Of a stretch of 64,000 nucleotides of DNA, positions 61,336-64,000 are shown one piece after another; position 1 is the stretch's first letter, and every line of letters begins with the position of its first letter. A program made the position numbers and the translations under genes. The notes below the pieces were generated by a model. That model worked only from the letters and a program-made list of their open reading frames with translations, was not told the origin of the DNA and did no database searches. The DNA lies in assembly GCA_963719515.1 (NCBI GenBank), contig CAVRCJ010000019.1:32001-96000 (forward strand), in the 5' to 3' direction. The stretch comes from an uncultured cyanobacterium. Lineage in GTDB: Bacteria > Cyanobacteriota > Cyanobacteriia > CAKZMO01.

Positions 61336-63126
61336 ATGCGAACCCACTACTGCGGGCATCTTCGGGCAGAACAGATTGACGAAACCGTCACCCTTTACGG
61401 GTGGGTCGATCGTCGCCGTGACCACGGGGGTGTAATTTTTGTGGACCTGCGCGATCGCACCGGCATTGCCCAGATTGTCAGCGATCCCGAGCGGACTCCC
61501 GCGTCTTATCCTATTGCCAACGACCTGCGCAACGAGTACGTGGTCAAGGTCACGGGCCGCGCCTCCCGCAGGCCCCCCGAGTCCCTAAACCCCAAGCTGC
61601 CCACGGGCGAGGTGGAGATCTACGCCGACAGTATTGAAGTGCTGAGCGAAGTCCGTAAACCTTTGCCATTCCAAGTCTCCGTGGCAGAAACCGAGACGGT
61701 GCGCGAAGAGCTGCGCCTCAGGTATCGCTACTTAGATTTGCGGCGGGAGCGCATGACCCGTAATTTGATGCTGCGCCACGAGGTGGTCAAGGCCATGCGC
61801 CGCTTTCTCGAAGACCAAGAGGGCTTTGTGGAAGTCGAAACGCCGATACTGACTCGCTCTACCCCTGAAGGTGCCAGAGACTACCTAGTCCCCAGCCGCG
61901 CTAACCCCAGCCAGTGGTTCGCCCTGCCCCAGTCTCCTCAGCTGTTTAAGCAGATGCTGATGGTATCGGGGCTAGACCGCTACTACCAAATCGCTCGCTG
62001 CTTCCGCGACGAAGACCTGCGGGCCGATCGCCAGCCGGAGTTTACCCAGCTGGATATGGAGATGAGCTTTTTGTCTGAGGAGGAGATCCTAGACCTCAAT
62101 GAGCGGCTGGTGTGCCATATCTTTAAGGCCGTCAAAGGTATTGACGTGCTCCGCCCCTTCCCTCGCCTCACCTACGCCGAGGCCATGGACCGCTACGGCA
62201 GCGATAAGCCCGATACCCGCTACGGATTGGAGCTGGTGGATGTGTCCGATGTTGTGGCGGACTGCGGCTTCAAGGTGTTCTCCGGAGCGGTGAAGTCCGG
62301 CGGGGCGGTGAAAATTTTGCCCATTCCTGGTGGCAACGACGTCATCTCCAACGTGCGGATTAAGCCTGGCGGTGACCTGTTTAGCGAGGCGGCCACGGCA
62401 GGGGCCAAGGGGCTAGCCTTCATTCGCGTACGCGAGAACGGCATCGATACTATTGGCGCAATTAAGGACAACCTTAGCGACGAGCAAAAGCAAGAGATAC
62501 TCGAGCGTACTAACGCCAAGCCGGGTCACCTGCTGCTGTTTGCCGCTGCCGACACCCCCACAGCCAATAAAACTCTAGACCGGCTGCGGCAGGTGGTAGC
62601 AAAGGAAATGAATTTAATTCCAGCGGACGCCATCAACCTGCTGTGGGTCACCGAGTTTCCCATGTTTGAGTGGAACGCGGACCAAAAGCGCTACGAGGCC
62701 CTGCACCATCCCTTCACGGCTCCTTACCCTGAAGACAAGGGCGACCTCACCACTGCCCGCGCCCAAGCTTACGACATTGTACTCAACGGCTTTGAGGTGG
62801 GTGGCGGCAGCCTCAGAATCTACCAGCCCGACGTGCAGGCTCAGGTGTTCGAGATTATTGGCATGTCGAAGGAAGACGCCCACAACAAGTTTGGCTTTTT
62901 GCTGGAGGCCTTCGAATACGGTACCCCGCCCCACGGCGGCATTGCCTACGGCCTGGACCGACTGGTGATGCTGCTGGCCGGAGAAGAGTCGATTCGCGAT
63001 GCGATCGCCTTTCCGAAGACGCAGCAGGCCCGCTGTCTACTTACCGATGCGCCGTCGGGTGTGGACGAGGTCCAGCTGAAGGAGCTGCAGGTGACTTCCA
63101 CCTTCAAGCACAAGCAAAAATCGTAG
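61336..63126 (+). CDS. aspS: Aspartate--tRNA ligase
   Basis: [45 protein letters not shown]. Confidence 0.97.
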   Translation: MRTHYCGHLRAEQIDETVTLYGWVDRRRDHGGVIFVDLRDRTGIAQIVSDPERTPASYPIANDLRNEYVVKVTGRASRRPPESLNPKLPTGEVEIYADSIEVLSEVRKPLPFQVSVAETETVREELRLRYRYLDLRRERMTRNLMLRHEVVKAMRRFLEDQEGFVEVETPILTRSTPEGARDYLVPSRANPSQWFALPQSPQLFKQMLMVSGLDRYYQIARCFRDEDLRADRQPEFTQLDMEMSFLSEEEILDLNERLVCHIFKAVKGIDVLRPFPRLTYAEAMDRYGSDKPDTRYGLELVDVSDVVADCGFKVFSGAVKSGGAVKILPIPGGNDVISNVRIKPGGDLFSEAATAGAKGLAFIRVRENGIDTIGAIKDNLSDEQKQEILERTNAKPGHLLLFAAADTPTANKTLDRLRQVVAKEMNLIPADAINLLWVTEFPMFEWNADQKRYEALHHPFTAPYPEDKGDLTTARAQAYDIVLNGFEVGGGSLRIYQPDVQAQVFEIIGMSKEDAHNKFGFLLEAFEYGTPPHGGIAYGLDRLVMLLAGEESIRDAIAFPKTQQARCLLTDAPSGVDEVQLKELQVTSTFKHKQKS

Positions 63127-63150
63127 GGTGCGTCATCCGACGCGCCCTAC
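63123..63150. repeat. GTAG-type REP-like hairpin
   Basis: GTAGGGTGCGTC-ATCC-GACGCGCCCTAC. Confidence 0.6.
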
Positions 63151-63188
63151 TGTAAACGCCTGACGACGCAATTCCACTGGAACAGACC

Positions 63189-64000
63189 GTGACCCAAGCC
63201 ACCACCGACTCGAAACTTGAATTTCTTAGCTTTGCCCGCGAGCTGGCGACCCAGGCTGAGGCGGTGATCATGCCTCACTTTAGAAGCCATGTCGTCAGCT
63301 ACAAGGCGGACGGGTCAGAGGTGACGATCGCTGACCAGCAGGGCGAAGCGATGATGCGGCAGCTCATTAGCGATCGCTACCCCCACCACGGCATTTTGGG
63401 AGAAGAGTACGGCGAGTCTGGAGCGGGCGCTGAGCATCGCTGGCTGCTAGATCCCATTGACGGTACGGCGTGGTTTACGCTGGGGATGCCGCTGTTTGGA
63501 ACCCTGATCGCGCTCCTAGAAGGCAATGAACCGATCTTAGGCGTCATCCACTGGCCGGGCTTGAAGGAAACGGTATACGCCGCTAAAGGCCACGGCTGTT
63601 GGTTTCAAAGTCCCGGCAGCGAGCCGATGCGCATCCGGGTGAGCGCCCCCCCCGCGCTGCCTGAGGCGATCGCTTCAGCGACGGGTGTCCATAGCTCTGA
63701 CATTCAGTGCGGCCCCGAAGAGACCCCCTACCGGCTCACTCAGCTCATCCACCGGGTCCGTAAGTTCCGCTTTTGCTCAGACTGCAACCAGCATGCCTTA
63801 GTGTGCCGCGGCAAGCTGCACGCGGCGGTAGATACGCTCATGAACCCTTGGGATATTGCGGCGCTGGTGCCCTGTGTGGAAGAGGCAGGGGGCAAGGTCA
63901 CCAACCTGGCAGGCGATCGCCACAATATTGTGTTTGGAGGCAGCCTGCTGTCAACCTGCGGGGAGCCGCTACACCGGACGGTGCTTGAAGTTCTTCGGCC
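63189..64000 (+). CDS. Inositol monophosphatase / HisN family protein, runs off the window
   Basis: Translated by hand: VTIADQ, GILGEE, WLLDPIDGT, NPWDIAA. Confidence 0.85.
   Translation, partial: MTQATTDSKLEFLSFARELATQAEAVIMPHFRSHVVSYKADGSEVTIADQQGEAMMRQLISDRYPHHGILGEEYGESGAGAEHRWLLDPIDGTAWFTLGMPLFGTLIALLEGNEPILGVIHWPGLKETVYAAKGHGCWFQSPGSEPMRIRVSAPPALPEAIASATGVHSSDIQCGPEETPYRLTQLIHRVRKFRFCSDCNQHALVCRGKLHAAVDTLMNPWDIAALVPCVEEAGGKVTNLAGDRHNIVFGGSLLSTCGEPLHRTVLEVLR

Overview
Chromosomal DNA of a GC-rich cyanobacterium: HIP1 (GCGATCGC) is abundant, and ndhL, an hpsJ-like gene and DUF3007 are present. Most of the window is housekeeping and accessory genes (ppx, shc, ileS, nusB, ftsY, aspS, GH13/GH57 glucan enzymes, TRAP permeases, a Na+/alanine symporter), plus a probable 6S RNA. 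Mobile DNA is frequent: a tnpB-only IS200/IS605 element, a tnpB 3' remnant, a 144-bp hairpin-ended mini-element that splits a TPR gene, a 189-bp MITE with 10-bp target duplications, and an ISAzo13 remnant. The most interesting block is 36.4-40.7 kb. It holds a caspase-NB-ARC-TPR (NLR-like) gene with an orphan alternative C-terminus, a HEPN/MNT pair whose toxin is deleted, and a small unknown gene transcribed from a sigma70-type promoter through a ~220-nt multi-hairpin leader whose last stem covers the start region. Also notable are a PD-(D/E)XK exonuclease / 29-bp tandem array / DUF2075 nuclease-helicase locus and a SOUL-P450-Coq4 cluster. Several frameshifts look like consensus errors. No CRISPR array, tRNA or rRNA was recognised. 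All assignments come from reading motifs by eye; no database searches were run.
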